64,000 nucleotides of DNA from an uncultured Gemmatimonadales bacterium (lineage in GTDB: Bacteria; Gemmatimonadota; Gemmatimonadetes; Gemmatimonadales; Gemmatimonadaceae), in assembly GCA_963707505.1 (NCBI GenBank), contig CAVPQB010000004.1, forward strand, positions 1,374,272 to 1,438,271, in the 5' to 3' direction. The notes below the pieces were generated by a model that was not told the DNA's origin, did no database searches, and saw only the letters and a program-made list of their open reading frames with translations. The stretch's first letter is position 1, and the number at the start of each line of letters is the position of its first letter. Made by a program: the position numbers and the translations under genes. Positions 33,345 through 44,164 of this stretch are shown piece after piece.

Positions 33345-34017
33345 CCCCTGTGGATTAGGCGCACTTCTCTGAAGGCCCCCCCGCTACCGCGGTGCGCGAC
33401 GAGGAACAGCCGCACGGCGGCGCGGTCAGTCGATGGCAGTGGTTCGTCCCGGTTGATGTCAGCGCGTCGTGGCGCGGAACCGCCCGTGGCGTAAGGCCGG
33501 ACGAGGCGCTCCCGGTCGCGAGAGCGGGATCCCTCCCGGCCGCGCGGTGTCATTCGACCGGCACTCGACAGATTCAGCTGTGCGGCGAGTCATCACAGAC
33601 TCTGGCGTGAGCAGACGCTCAGCCGATCTTTTTGTGGCGGTGCGTTCTGGTGGTCGACTGCCGAGATCGGAACGGAGAGGCAGGCTCAGGTCGACCCATG
33701 AACCCGAACGAGACTGCCCTCAGAAGTCGCGGGGCCTCCTCGGGTCTCGTACCGCCTTCTTCCACTCCTGGTGCGCCGTGTTCGTGCGCGACGAGCGGGG
33801 CCCCCCAGGGGTTTCGTAGCTCAGCTCTCACTGACGGTGCCGTTCGGGCTGGCGAGACTGCTCGTGATCGCACAGGAAGCGGCTGTCTGGACGAGAGTGC
33901 CTCGAAGGCGACGATCCAGCCGTCTCGCCTGCGACCAGGCGGCGCTTGGTGGCGTTCCAACTCGGCAGCGATGTGGTCGGCGTCGATATCGGGCCGCCCG
34001 GTTTCGCTGTCGCGCGG

Positions 34018-35885
34018 TCAGAGCTCGATGTAGGAGCCCATCGTCACGATCCGGTGCTTCGGTAGGTGGTAGGAGTCGACCGGGCTTCTCGATGTGCGCG
34101 CGAGCAGCAGGAACAACCGTTTACGCCACGGGCGCAGACCCGGGTCATCGCCGCTGACGAGTGTGATCTCGGAGACGAGGTAGATCGCGTTCTCGATGTC
34201 GAGATCCCCGAGCATCCCCTGTTCGGCGGCATTGCGCAGCGCCGCCGGCACGTCCTGCTTGTCCTGGAAGCCGTATTGGATCGTTAGGTAGAAAACGTCG
34301 TCGGTGTACTCAAGGTCGTCAACGACGACCTGGTCGGACGGGTTCACGTGGGGGACCGGACCGGTCTCGACGGACACGATGACGACGTGCTCGTGCAGCA
34401 CGTGGTTGTAGTGCAGGTTGTCGCGCAGGGCGAGGGGCGTCGTCTGCTTGCCGGCGGACAGGCAGACGGCCGTGCCCGGCGCGCGGTACGGCGGCGGGTT
34501 CATCGTCGCGATCTCGTCGATGAAATTGCTCAGCAACCCCTCGGCCTCCGAGCGCTTGGCCGTGACGAGCCCCCGGCCGCGCTGCCAGGTCGTGAGGACC
34601 GTGAAGATCACCAGCCCGACGGTGAGCGGGAACCATCCACCGGAGGCGACCTTGGTCAGGTTCGCCGAGAAGAAGGCGAGGTCGATGACGAGAAACACCA
34701 CGGCTCCCGGCAGCACGATCCACAGTGGCTTGTGCCAGCGCATCCGCACGATCGCGAAGAACAGGAGGGTGGTCGTCACGAACGTTCCGGTGACGGCGAT
34801 GCCGTAGGCGGACGCCAGCGCCGTCGAGGAGCCGAACCCGATCACGAGCCCGATCACGGCGACGTACAGCAGCCAGTTGGTGGCGGGAACGTAGACCTGC
34901 CCCTCTGACCCGGACTTGTGACGGATCTGCATCCGGGGCAAGAAGCCCAGTTGCACCCCCTGGCGGGTGACGGAGAACGCGCCGGTGATCACCGCCTGGG
35001 AGGCGATCATCGTGGCCAGCACAGCGACTACCACCATTGGCACCTGCGCCCACTTCGGCATCAGCCCGAAGAACGGGGTCGCGACCGCCTTGGGATCGGC
35101 AAGGATCAGGGCTCCCTGCCCGAGGTAGTTGATGAGCAGAGCCGGGAAGACGACGAAGAACCACCCGCGCCTGATCGACGGCCGGTCGAACTGGCCGAGG
35201 TCGGCGTAGAGCGCCTCGGCGCCGGTGACCACGAGCACCACGGCCCCGAGGGAGAGGAAGCCGACGCCCGGGTGGTCGGCGAAGAACGAGATCCCGTAGG
35301 TGGGGGACAGGGCCTTCAGGATCCCGGGGCTCTGCGCGACCTTGGCCAGGCCGGTCACGGCGAGCAGGGCGAACCACAAGGCCATCATCGGGCCGAACAG
35401 GCGTCCGATGGCATGCGTCCCGAACCGCTGGTAAGCGAACAGCAGCGTGAGCAGGGCGACCGTGATCGGCACCACGAGCGAGCTCACTCCCGGCACCGCC
35501 ACCTTCAGCCCCTCGACCGACGAGATCACGCTGATCGCGGGCGTGACCGTCCCGTCGCCGAAGAACAAGGCCACTCCGAGGATCCCGATCGCGACGAGGA
35601 TCGCCTTGACGCGGCGGTCCTTCACCGGCAGCTCTCGGACGAGTGCCACCAGCGCCATGATCCCGCCCTCGCCCTGGTTGTCGGCGCGCATCACGAAGGC
35701 CACGTACTTCACCGAGACGACCAGGACGATCGTCCAGACGACCAGCGAGATCATCCCGTACACGCCGGCGTGGTCCGGCTTCACGCCGTGGACCTCGAAC
35801 ACCGAGGTCAGTGCGTAGAGAGGGCTCGTGCCGATGTCGCCGAAGACGACCCCCAGCGCGGCGAGGGTCAGCGCCGCCGCGGCGG
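34018..35885 (-). CDS. kup: KUP/HAK/KT potassium transporter, extreme 5' end lost at the IS3 remnant
   Basis: LAALGVVFGDIGTSPLYA, RADNQGEGG, GAEALYADLG, ASAYGIAVT; no start codon region before the IS3 sequence. Confidence 0.93.
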
Positions 35886-36813
35886 TCCGGCCGCGGCTGC
35901 GGCGGATCTCGCGGGAACGTCCGCGGTGGGGCTACCGGCGCGCGCACGCGCTGCTGGTGGCCGACGGGTGGGTGTTGAACATCAAGCGGACCCGTCGGGT
36001 GTGGCGCGAGGAGGGGCTGCGGGTGCCGCGCAAGCGGCGCAAGCGTCTGCGGCTGGGTGAGTCCACGGTGCCAGCGGCGCGGCTGCGGGCCGAGGCGCCC
36101 GATCACGTGTGGGCGATCGACTTCCAGTGGGATCAGACCGCTGACGGGCACAACCTCAAGCTGCTGCACGTCGTGGACGAGTTCACCCGCGAGGCGTTGG
36201 CGATCGAGTGTGCCCGCCGGATCGACGCCGACAAGACCGTCGACGTGCTCGACCGCCTCGTCGGCGAGCGGGGGACCGCACCCGGGTTCCTGCGCTGCGA
36301 CAACGGGCCGGAGATGACCGCCCACGCGCTCCGGGACTGGTGCCGCTTCTCGAAGGCCGGGAGCGCGTACATCGAGCCCGGCTCACCGTGGCAGAACCCC
36401 TATGTGGAGAGCTTCGGCGGCCGCGTCCGCGACGAGCTCCTCGCGGTCGAGCTGTTCTCCTGCCTGACCGAGGCCCAGGTCCTGATCGAGGATTGGCGCA
36501 TCGACGACAACCACCGCCGCCCGCACAGCGCGCTTCAGATGATGACCCCCGCCGCGTTCGCTGCCGGTCTCCGTCAGCCGTGCCGGGCCCCCACAGCAAC
36601 TGCGGCTGGGGAAGAGGGCGAGCAACGCTGTCTGCTTCTCACGGCGGGCAGCGCCCACCAGCCGGCTGTCTTCCCAACCTCGCAACGACAGAGTCCTGCT
36701 GAGGACATCACCTCAACCTCACCGCACATCAACCGCCACAGCAGCTACCGTGGCACCCCCATCACAACCACCCAGCTCTCACAGCAGGTGGACCGATGAA
36801 CGGGCTCTGGTCA
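35886..36813 (+). mobile_element. IS3-family element, 5'-truncated (orfB and right end only)
   Basis: WGYRR, WAIDFQ, DNGPE, GSPWQNPYVESFGGR; right end ...gtggaccgatgaacgggctctggtCA. Confidence 0.9.
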
Positions 36814-37048
36814 TCAGGGCGCTGCGGGCTCCCGCGGAGCGAACGGACTCCGGAGGAGTACGGCTCCGTCCGGCCCCGACAACCCGAATGTCGACGCTTG
36901 GCTGCTCCGGGGAAGGCCGGGTGCTTGCAGCCAGATTTCCGTTGCGGCACGACGCCGACAGATGCGCGTCTAACAGAAAAGTGTTACGCGCCCATTTCCG
37001 CACTAGCCCGACGCAAAAGAAAAGGCCTCGAGTTGCAGGCTTTTCAAT

Positions 37049-37092
<44 letters not shown>

Positions 37093-37171
37093 TTCAGGGG
37101 TGTTGGGTACCTGCCGATTTGCAGGGATTTCGAGAAATTGCGTCCGGTTGCGTGAGGTCAAATTTGCTTGT

Positions 37172-37196
37172 TTTGGTACCCGTTTGGTACCCGTTT
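37172..37196. promoter_or_regulatory. Putative integrase arm-type binding sites
   Basis: tttggtacccgtttggtaccc; the same 20-mer occurs at 59081-59100. Confidence 0.75.
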
Positions 37197-37217
37197 TCGG
37201 GCCTGGGCGGGTGGTCG

Positions 37218-37698
37218 TCATCCCGCAGGCGGAGATCGACGACGACCTGACCGCCGTCCGCGCGTCATTAGCTGCAACTCGTCGAGGAAAGCGTCGAGTT
37301 CAGGCTGGCTGATCTCTGGCAGGCCATCATCGCAACACGGTGGTCGCAGATGGTCCGCCGGCGGATTCTCGACCCCGAATAGGTCGTGGAGCACGGTCCA
37401 GACGTCGCTCGCCGTGTACCGAGGCAGCGCTTACCGACGTAGAGGACCACGATGCGGGTCGGGCCGTCGGGGGTCCTCGGCCGGCTGAAGGGTGAAAGCG
37501 AGCCGAAAATCGCGCTTGAGATGGACTCCACAAACGATCGGAGCGAGCGGGCCCGAGAGCCTGTATGCACCGAGCTGCTTCGCGCACGGGTCCCGACGAA
37601 GCTGCTCATAGACCGCTCGATACCCAGCCTTGTTTTCCCACGAGCTCGTCTACGAGCTTGCGCACCGGGCGCGGGGTGACCACCTCGAACTCGGGCAC
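37218..37698 (-). CDS. RelE/ParE-like toxin candidate (frameshifted; not called intact in the ORF track)
   Basis: Reconstructed MPEFEVVTPRPVRKLVDEL..YEQLRRDPC..GAYRLSGPL..VCGVHLKRDFRLAF..IVVLYVGKR; directly downstream of an HTH gene. Confidence 0.5.
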
Positions 37699-37711
37699 GT
37701 TTGGACGGTCG

Positions 37712-38185
37712 TCAGTCGTCCGGGCCGAACGCGTCGGTCGGAGCAGCGGACACGAGCCTCCCCTTGGCGAGCGAACGTAAACCCGGGCCGTAGAGCTTCT
37801 TGAATTCGCGTTGGTAGGTAGCGTCGTTGCGCTGAAGCTGGTCGACAAGCGCAACGATGAGGTTGCGCTCACGACCGCGCTGTCGAAGATCGGCAACTCG
37901 CTCGGCGAGGTCGAGCGCGGTGTCCCGAGGAACTCGTGGTCGCCCGCTCGTCGCCCGGTTCACCGGGACGATCCGCTGCTCTATCCACTTGTCGAGCGTC
38001 GGAACGCTCACACCGATGACCTTCGCCGCCTGGCTCTTGCTCATGGTGTCGTCCAGATCACCTCGGAGACCCTCGATGATCGGCTCGAGCTCGTCCCGCA
38101 CGTCCCCACCGCGGCGTGCGGTCCTGCGCAGCGCGAGGATGCGGTGAGCAGTCCGCGTGGTGTCGATCGTCCGTGGCATGTTCAC
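37712..38185 (-). CDS. HTH DNA-binding protein, putative antitoxin
   Basis: MSKSQAAKVIGVSVPTLDKWI. Confidence 0.7.
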   Translation of the reverse strand: MNMPRTIDTTRTAHRILALRRTARRGGDVRDELEPIIEGLRGDLDDTMSKSQAAKVIGVSVPTLDKWIEQRIVPVNRATSGRPRVPRDTALDLAERVADLRQRGRERNLIVALVDQLQRNDATYQREFKKLYGPGLRSLAKGRLVSAAPTDAFGPDD

Positions 38186-38467
38186 AGGGTAGCTGATCTT
38201 GGCGATATTCCCGTGATTTTCGCCAGCTTGCGGACAGACGCCAAATGCTGACGTCTCTGCGCGCGGGACGCACCGTGCGAATACGCGTCGTCGGGGTCAT
38301 GCCCTGGCCGATCGCTCTGTAGGGATCGACCTCGATCCTTACGAAGCTCGGCCAGCTCCGAAAGGTTCTGACGCGGGGCACCCGCGTACGCCAGCTCGCC
38401 GGCGTCGGCAACGCAGAGGTCGATGAGTCCTCAAGAACCAGCAGCACGACCGCTCGGGCGTTCTGCA

Positions 38468-38884
38468 TCAGGACTTGGTGTCGAGTAGATCGAGAAACTG
38501 CCGTGGGGTGAGTACCGGCGGGTTGGGGTCAGTCAGGTCGAGGAGGTGCCGGTCGCCGGAGACGAGGTAGTCCGCGCCAGCGGCGCGCGCGAGCGCGACG
38601 AGGTAATCGTCGTCAGGATCCGGCGAGACACCGGGTAGCTCTGGAGGGTCCGCGACAATGGTGGCGTCGGTGGCGAGTCCGTCGATGAACTCGGTCGCGA
38701 CGGCGACGGTGATGTAGCGCCGGAACTTCGGGCGAGCGAGCACGTCGGCGAGTTCGTCGAGCAGCGCGGGACTGGCGATCAGCTCGAAGCGCTGCTCGAT
38801 CCAGGCGGTGAGGATCTGTCGTGGCTGACCGGTCGGCGAGATCGCGGCCGATACGAGCACGTTGGGGTCCAGCACGGCGCGCAC
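38468..38884 (-). CDS. PIN-domain (VapC-like) toxin
   Basis: AVLDPNVLVSA, ELADVL.RPKF, DPDDD, LVSGDRHLL. Confidence 0.92.
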   Translation of the reverse strand: MRAVLDPNVLVSAAISPTGQPRQILTAWIEQRFELIASPALLDELADVLARPKFRRYITVAVATEFIDGLATDATIVADPPELPGVSPDPDDDYLVALARAAGADYLVSGDRHLLDLTDPNPPVLTPRQFLDLLDTKS

Positions 38885-38893
38885 GCGCCGCTG

Positions 38894-39205
38894 TCAGCGC
38901 TTGGGAGCGCGCCGTTCTCGGCGCATCGCGTGCAGCTCGCTGTTCGCGAGCTCCATGGCGGCGTCGGCGTCGAGCGTTTCGCCGGCCTCGCGTGCCTGCT
39001 GCTCCAATGCGGCTGCGACCCGTTCGCGGCCGCCGACGAGCTTGAGGTACCGCTCGTAGGAGAGCACGACAGCCTCGGGACGGCGGCGTGCGCCGATCAC
39101 GACCGGTTCGGCGTCAGCGCCGGCTTGGCGGAAGCGCTCGAGCAGCGCGGGCAGTTGCGCGCGCGCTTCGCGGGTCGCCAGAACATCGTGCGGGTTGCGA
39201 GCCAT
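38894..39205 (-). CDS. Phd/YefM-like antitoxin
   Basis: TREARAQLPALL..PVVI..RRRPEAVVLSYERY; upstream of the PIN gene. Confidence 0.8.
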   Translation of the reverse strand: MARNPHDVLATREARAQLPALLERFRQAGADAEPVVIGARRRPEAVVLSYERYLKLVGGRERVAAALEQQAREAGETLDADAAMELANSELHAMRRERRAPKR

Positions 39206-39255
39206 AGCCAGAAGGGTAGCACGAACGTGTACACATATGTGACCGCATCAGCGGG

Positions 39256-39582
39256 TCAGGGCGCCCAGCGGCGGTAGGCCTCAACCCACTCCCAGCCATC
39301 CGGGGCCGGGTGGGAGACCGGCAGCTCGAGGATCGGGATCGTCTGCCGGTGCCCGTCGCGTGCGCAGATCGCGACGATCTGGTCATCGGTCGTGACGTCG
39401 ACGCGGGCGACAGTGACCGGCACGCCGAGCACCGTTGCCTCGAACGGCAGCGCGAGGTGCTCCTCGATCATGGTGAACAGGCCGGTGACCTGTTCTGACT
39501 CGTTGTAGCAGTCGACCGTCGCCTCCTCGATCAGCTCATCGAGCTCGGCGCTCCTGATCGCGGGCTGGCGTCGCCGGGGCAT
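39256..39582 (-). CDS. CcbP-like ('calcium-binding') family protein
   Basis: LIEEATVDCYNESEQ.TG..MIEEHL.LPF, WVEAYRRW. Confidence 0.7.
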   Translation of the reverse strand: MPRRRQPAIRSAELDELIEEATVDCYNESEQVTGLFTMIEEHLALPFEATVLGVPVTVARVDVTTDDQIVAICARDGHRQTIPILELPVSHPAPDGWEWVEAYRRWAP

Positions 39583-39586
39583 ACCG

Positions 39587-40360
39587 TCAGAGCAGCGTCG
39601 GTTGGGTGAGCTCGGCCGAGGGCCGCCATCTGCGGACCGTCGCGTTCGTGTCGATGTGCGCCCTGCTGCGGGCTGCGTCGGGTCCGTCGAGCTCGCAGAG
39701 CACGTCGAGCGCGGCCAGGCGGACGTTCGATTGCCCGCCCTGCAGGCCGCGGGCGACGAGCCCGCGGCGCTCGGTGACCTCAAGCCCGTCGCAGGCGTCG
39801 AGCAGCCCGTGGATCACCGCATCACGGTGGCGTGGCGCGAGCAGGTCGGCGTCGCTGAGCAGCTGCTCGAGCCGGGCCGGGTTGGCGCGCAATGCGCGTC
39901 GGGCCGCCCACCGGCGCAGCGGCGGCTCAGGGCGCGTGCGATGCTGGCCGAGTGTGCCCTGATCGACGACGCGGACGGTGCTGCTGCCGTCGTGAAGCTC
40001 GACGTCGAGCCATTCGGGTGAGACCCACGCGAGCGGATAGGCGATCACATGCTCATGGGCGAGAAACCCCTCGGCGAGTTCATCCAGATCGGCGGCGTCG
40101 AGCAGCTCGCTGTGCTCAAGTGCGGTGATCAGCCGAGCTGTGACCCGATCCCAGCGCCGGCAGGTGCAGATCATCAACGCCACGAACGCGGGCGGCAACT
40201 CGCCGGTGCCGCTCACGCCGGCGAGCAGCTCGACCGCCTCCTGGTGGCGCGTGCTGCGCCCCCACCCCCACGGCGAAGCCGACAGCCGCCTGCACACCTC
40301 ATCGGCATCACCAAGCCCCGCCAGGTCCTCGAACGCCTCGTCACCGCCTCGCAGCATCAC
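39587..40360 (-). CDS. Hypothetical helical (HEAT-like C-terminus) protein
   Basis: 257-aa ORF tightly coupled to the CcbP-like gene; VRLAALDVL and NATVRRW. Confidence 0.55.
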   Translation of the reverse strand: MMLRGGDEAFEDLAGLGDADEVCRRLSASPWGWGRSTRHQEAVELLAGVSGTGELPPAFVALMICTCRRWDRVTARLITALEHSELLDAADLDELAEGFLAHEHVIAYPLAWVSPEWLDVELHDGSSTVRVVDQGTLGQHRTRPEPPLRRWAARRALRANPARLEQLLSDADLLAPRHRDAVIHGLLDACDGLEVTERRGLVARGLQGGQSNVRLAALDVLCELDGPDAARSRAHIDTNATVRRWRPSAELTQPTLL

Positions 40361-40448
40361 GGGCAGCGTAGGGGCGCTCGCGGACGTCGCCGACGGCCTT
40401 CCGTCACGTCGCGGTGACGGCGCCGCCGCGGGTAGATTGTGCGCCGCG

Positions 40449-40900
40449 ATGCCGCAGCCGGAGACGATCGATCACGTTCTCGAGGTGTTCCTGCGCGACC
40501 AGCGACTGCGGCTGTCTGAGCGGACGTACCGCAATTACGCGGACGTGATCCGGCTGCTGCGCAACAGCTTGAACACGTACGCATATTCCTCGCTGAGCGC
40601 CGCTGACGCCAAGCGCTGGCAGAAGGCGTTCGACGCTGGCGATGAGGAGGCGTTCTGTCATCTGTTCGGCCCGCAGGAGATCCCGCCGCATCTCGGCGAG
40701 TTCCTCGGCTATTTCATGGTGCGCAAGGTGATCGTCGGCCAAGAGCTGCTCAAGGCCGCCGGCACGGTCACCGGCAAGCTCGTCCGCTGGCTCGAGAAGG
40801 AGGCGTATATCGAGCCGGACGTGGCCGCGATCGCTGGCGAGCGAGCACGTGAGAGCGCGCGAACGCTTCCCGCGGCCGAACGGCTCGGCAGCCTCCTTCA
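40449..40900 (+). pseudogene. Hypothetical protein with integrase SAM-like N-terminus, apparently truncated near 40900
   Basis: TIDHVLEVFL..RLSERTYRNYADVI, FLGYFMVRKV; sequence character changes abruptly after 40900. Confidence 0.5.
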
Positions 40901-41207
40901 GGGGCGTCTTATTGCGCAAAAGTGCTTGATTTCGCATCATGCGCACGCACGCCTGTGCGCGCAGGCACGCGTGATACGCAGGTGCGCTCTCGCACTCGTC
41001 CTCGCGCGCACGCGTGCGCGCGCGGGAACGCGCTCGATGGCGTCGTCCTCGGTCACCGTCCGTGACGGTCTGCCGCGCCACGCACTCGCGCGACCGTTTC
41101 CTGTTTCCGGATGTTTGCTGGCCCAGCAAACATCCCGAACGAGGCAACCTTCAGAGGTCCTGGCTGCCCGTGGTGTCGCCGTCGGCGGCCGCCGTTACGG
41201 TGATCGA

Positions 41208-41882
41208 GTGCCACCGCAGCTCGTTGACCACGACCGGATCGGGATCTCTACCGGCGTGTTCGCCTCATCTCGAGGTTCCTGGCCCAGACTTGTCGATCAG
41301 GCATTGCGGGTCTCGAGCATCGCCGTCGAGCTGTCGGCGCTGTCGGGCGACGAGCTGCCTGGCCTCGTGGCCTACCTGCGCTCCGAGCCGCGTCTCCCGT
41401 TCCACTACGTCAGCGTCCACGCGCCCGTCAAGGGGATCGACACGATCCGCGGGCACTCCCTGCTCCACGAACTTCCGCCCCGGGTGTGCTCGATCGTGGT
41501 GCATCCCAACGCCGAGATCGACCTCGACTCGTGTCGCGCCCTCGGGAACCGCCTGACGCTCGAGAACATGGACTTCCGCAAGGACAGCGGCCGCGTCGCC
41601 GCCGAGCTGGAACCGTTCTTCGCAGCTCTGCCAGACGCCAGCTTCTGCTTGGACGTCGCGCACGCTCACTCGATCGATCCGTCGATGAACGCCGCCACCG
41701 AACTGCTCGACCGCTTCGGCAGCCGGCTCCACCAGGTGCACCTCAGCTCGCTGGACGACGACGGCCATCACCTTCCGTTGAGGGAGGCCGACGAACCGCT
41801 GTTCGCTCCCGTCCTCGATCGCTGCCGAGACGTGCCCTGGATTCTCGAGGCGCCGCCGCCGCGCCGTTGGAGCGAGCGATGA
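41208..41882 (+). CDS. Xylose isomerase/AP-endonuclease-like TIM-barrel protein
   Basis: IGISTG, VELSA, SVHAP, VVHP, LENMD, CLDVAH, VHLS, WILE. Confidence 0.75.
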   Translation: MPPQLVDHDRIGISTGVFASSRGSWPRLVDQALRVSSIAVELSALSGDELPGLVAYLRSEPRLPFHYVSVHAPVKGIDTIRGHSLLHELPPRVCSIVVHPNAEIDLDSCRALGNRLTLENMDFRKDSGRVAAELEPFFAALPDASFCLDVAHAHSIDPSMNAATELLDRFGSRLHQVHLSSLDDDGHHLPLREADEPLFAPVLDRCRDVPWILEAPPPRRWSER

Positions 41883-41990
41883 CGACGAACTTCGGAGGCG
41901 AGGCTCACGGCGCGTACACGGACATTAGTAAGTGCGGAATTTCCGTCTTTGGCGCACAGAGGAATCCGACGGCGGCGCTACGTTGCGGCA

Positions 41991-44081
41991 ATGTCGAAGA
42001 CACGCCGAGCATCGAAGAGCAACACGCGCGCCAAGCGCCAAGCGCGGGCTAAGGCCTCACGCGAATCGCGCCGAGACGCTGTCGCTCAGCGGGCCGCCGA
42101 ACAACGGCTCGAGGAGCTGTTCGGAGCCGACACTCCACCACGGCGCTCAGCAGAGCTGATCATCGAGCGACTCGGCGCCGGCGCAGTGCCGGCGGGGATC
42201 TCGCGATTCTTCATCGTCGCCGGTTCGACCGAGCGCGCCCGCGAGGTCTCCGAAGCGGTGACAGAGCTCTCACCAGACAGCGTCTGCGCCCTTTCGTTTG
42301 CGGCCGACGTCGCGGCCCATCTCGACCGCGACGATCGGATGGCAAGCCAGCTGCTGGACCGTGCGCTGGCACTGACCGACGACGATGCGAACCGCGTAAC
42401 GCTCGCCGACCACCTCGTACGCCTCGGCCGGGCGGCCGATGCACTCTCGATCGTCGAGGAACTCCATCTCGACGACCCGCAGGACGACGACCTCGAGGCG
42501 ATCCGCGCCGCCGCCCTGATGCTCGCCTGGCAGAGAGCATCCGCCGGGCCCGACGATGAGCATCTGCCAGACGAATGCCCGTGCTGGTCGGACCGTCCGT
42601 GGCTAGAGTGCTGCCAGCCCGCCGAGGCCGCGGCGATCGCACGCTTCGATGACCGATCGGAACTGACGCAACTCCAGATCGCCATCGAGCGCTACGTCGA
42701 CGGCGAGCCAGTGTTGCGCGCCGCTGTGGCGGACGATGTCCGGCGGTGTCTGGAGGCCTCGACGATCTGCGGCGAACCGGTTGCCGACGCGGGCGAGGTG
42801 ACGCGGATTGGTGCCCGGCACGCGTGGCTGATCGGCGCCGAGGACTTGGACCCGGAACCCGGGCAGCTGGCACGGTTCGATCCGGACTCGCCGCTCGCGT
42901 CGTTTGCAGGCGATCCCTCGACGCCGAGCCGGCAGGCGGCGCAAGCTCGCCGCTGGCTTGAGAACTGCTCCTACGGTCTGTGGCAGGTGCGCGAGCCGAT
43001 TGCAGAACCAGGGGTGTGGCTAACCGAGCTGGTGACCGGTGTCTCACGCTACGCCGCGCTCCCGGCAGAGCTGTTGGCGCGCGCAAGCCGCTGGAGCGTG
43101 CTGCTCGGCGGGCTCGTTGCGATCGATGGAACCTGGCGTCCAGCCGCCGACCTGATCCTCCTGCGCCCTGGCGAGGCCGATGAGTCAGCTGATCTTGTCG
43201 AGGAGCTGTCCTACAAGGTGGTGTCCAGCGCGAGCGGGACGCCCCTGCGTCGTCCCCGCGGGAGCGACATGGTCCAGCCACACGGCGTGCTTGCGTCGCT
43301 CTCGGATCCGAGCTCGCCTGAGGTCTCGCGGTTCGTGAGCATGGTGATCGGCAGCGGAATCCCACAGCTACTGGCATACATCGCCGAGATGCGCAACGCG
43401 CAGCCCAAGCTGGTCAACACCGACAAGCACCCGACTGTTCTGATCAAGGCGACCGTTGCCGTCAACGATGTTCTTGAGGTGACCGCCCGGTTGGCGGACC
43501 ATCCCGAGTTCGACGTCGAAGACGGGGCGATCAAGTGGTGGGGGCGCGAGCTCGACGCGATGGAGCGCGAGACGTCTCTCGCCGAACTCGGAGCTTGGCT
43601 GAAGGAGCAAGGCGAAGATCCAGCACTCGCGGCTGAGTCCGAAGGACCGCAGCGCTGGTTGCGTGGATCGATCTCGATCGGCGATGGCACGCTCGAGATC
43701 GATGTCAACTCGCGCGAACGCTTCGACCGATTGTTGAGCCTGCTCGCCGACGTTGGGGGCGCGCCTGACGTAGTCGCGAAGCTCGTGATCGACCCAGCCC
43801 AGGACATGGCGCTGCCCCATCTCGGCTCCGTCCTTCCCGGTTCGAGCTCGGAGGAGGGAAACGAGGCCTGGCGACGGCATTGGCCCGATCAGAAGCTTCC
43901 GGCGCTTGGCGGCATGACGCCGCGGCAGGCGGCGCGCAGCGAACGACGCAAGCCGTGGCTGGAAGCGATGCTGCGTGAGCTCGAGCACGACGCCGATCGA
44001 CTCGCACGCCACGGCCGACCGGCGCCCGACGTCGATGGCCTCCGCGCCGAATTGGCAATGCCGGCCACGGCGTTCAGCTGA
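41991..44081 (+). CDS. TPR + SEC-C-like + C-terminal Xre/MbcA/ParS-like domain protein
   Basis: CPCWSDRPWLECC (SEC-C-like); C-terminal WPDQKLPALGGMTPRQAA. Confidence 0.72.
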   Translation: MSKTRRASKSNTRAKRQARAKASRESRRDAVAQRAAEQRLEELFGADTPPRRSAELIIERLGAGAVPAGISRFFIVAGSTERAREVSEAVTELSPDSVCALSFAADVAAHLDRDDRMASQLLDRALALTDDDANRVTLADHLVRLGRAADALSIVEELHLDDPQDDDLEAIRAAALMLAWQRASAGPDDEHLPDECPCWSDRPWLECCQPAEAAAIARFDDRSELTQLQIAIERYVDGEPVLRAAVADDVRRCLEASTICGEPVADAGEVTRIGARHAWLIGAEDLDPEPGQLARFDPDSPLASFAGDPSTPSRQAAQARRWLENCSYGLWQVREPIAEPGVWLTELVTGVSRYAALPAELLARASRWSVLLGGLVAIDGTWRPAADLILLRPGEADESADLVEELSYKVVSSASGTPLRRPRGSDMVQPHGVLASLSDPSSPEVSRFVSMVIGSGIPQLLAYIAEMRNAQPKLVNTDKHPTVLIKATVAVNDVLEVTARLADHPEFDVEDGAIKWWGRELDAMERETSLAELGAWLKEQGEDPALAAESEGPQRWLRGSISIGDGTLEIDVNSRERFDRLLSLLADVGGAPDVVAKLVIDPAQDMALPHLGSVLPGSSSEEGNEAWRRHWPDQKLPALGGMTPRQAARSERRKPWLEAMLRELEHDADRLARHGRPAPDVDGLRAELAMPATAFS

Positions 44082-44164
44082 TCCGAAGGGCACACCGTGG
44101 GCGCCCGCCAACGAGGAAGGCGAGGAGGGTGTCGGAGGGCTGGTTCGGGGTCACTCGGTCCGGG

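Noticed and set aside
34319..36325. 668-aa ORF and similar long Arg/Pro/Gly-rich ORFs (e.g. 6205-7506, 32162-33202, 51937-53262, 42211-43377)
   Set aside because: Shadow frames of real genes in high-GC DNA, with no motifs
40900..40945. Tn3-family inverted repeat (starts GGGG)
   Set aside because: No partner repeat, no TAAG end motif and no transposase found
40125..41882. 585-aa single ORF
   Set aside because: Read-through of a truncated gene across non-coding-looking sequence into a separate TIM-barrel gene
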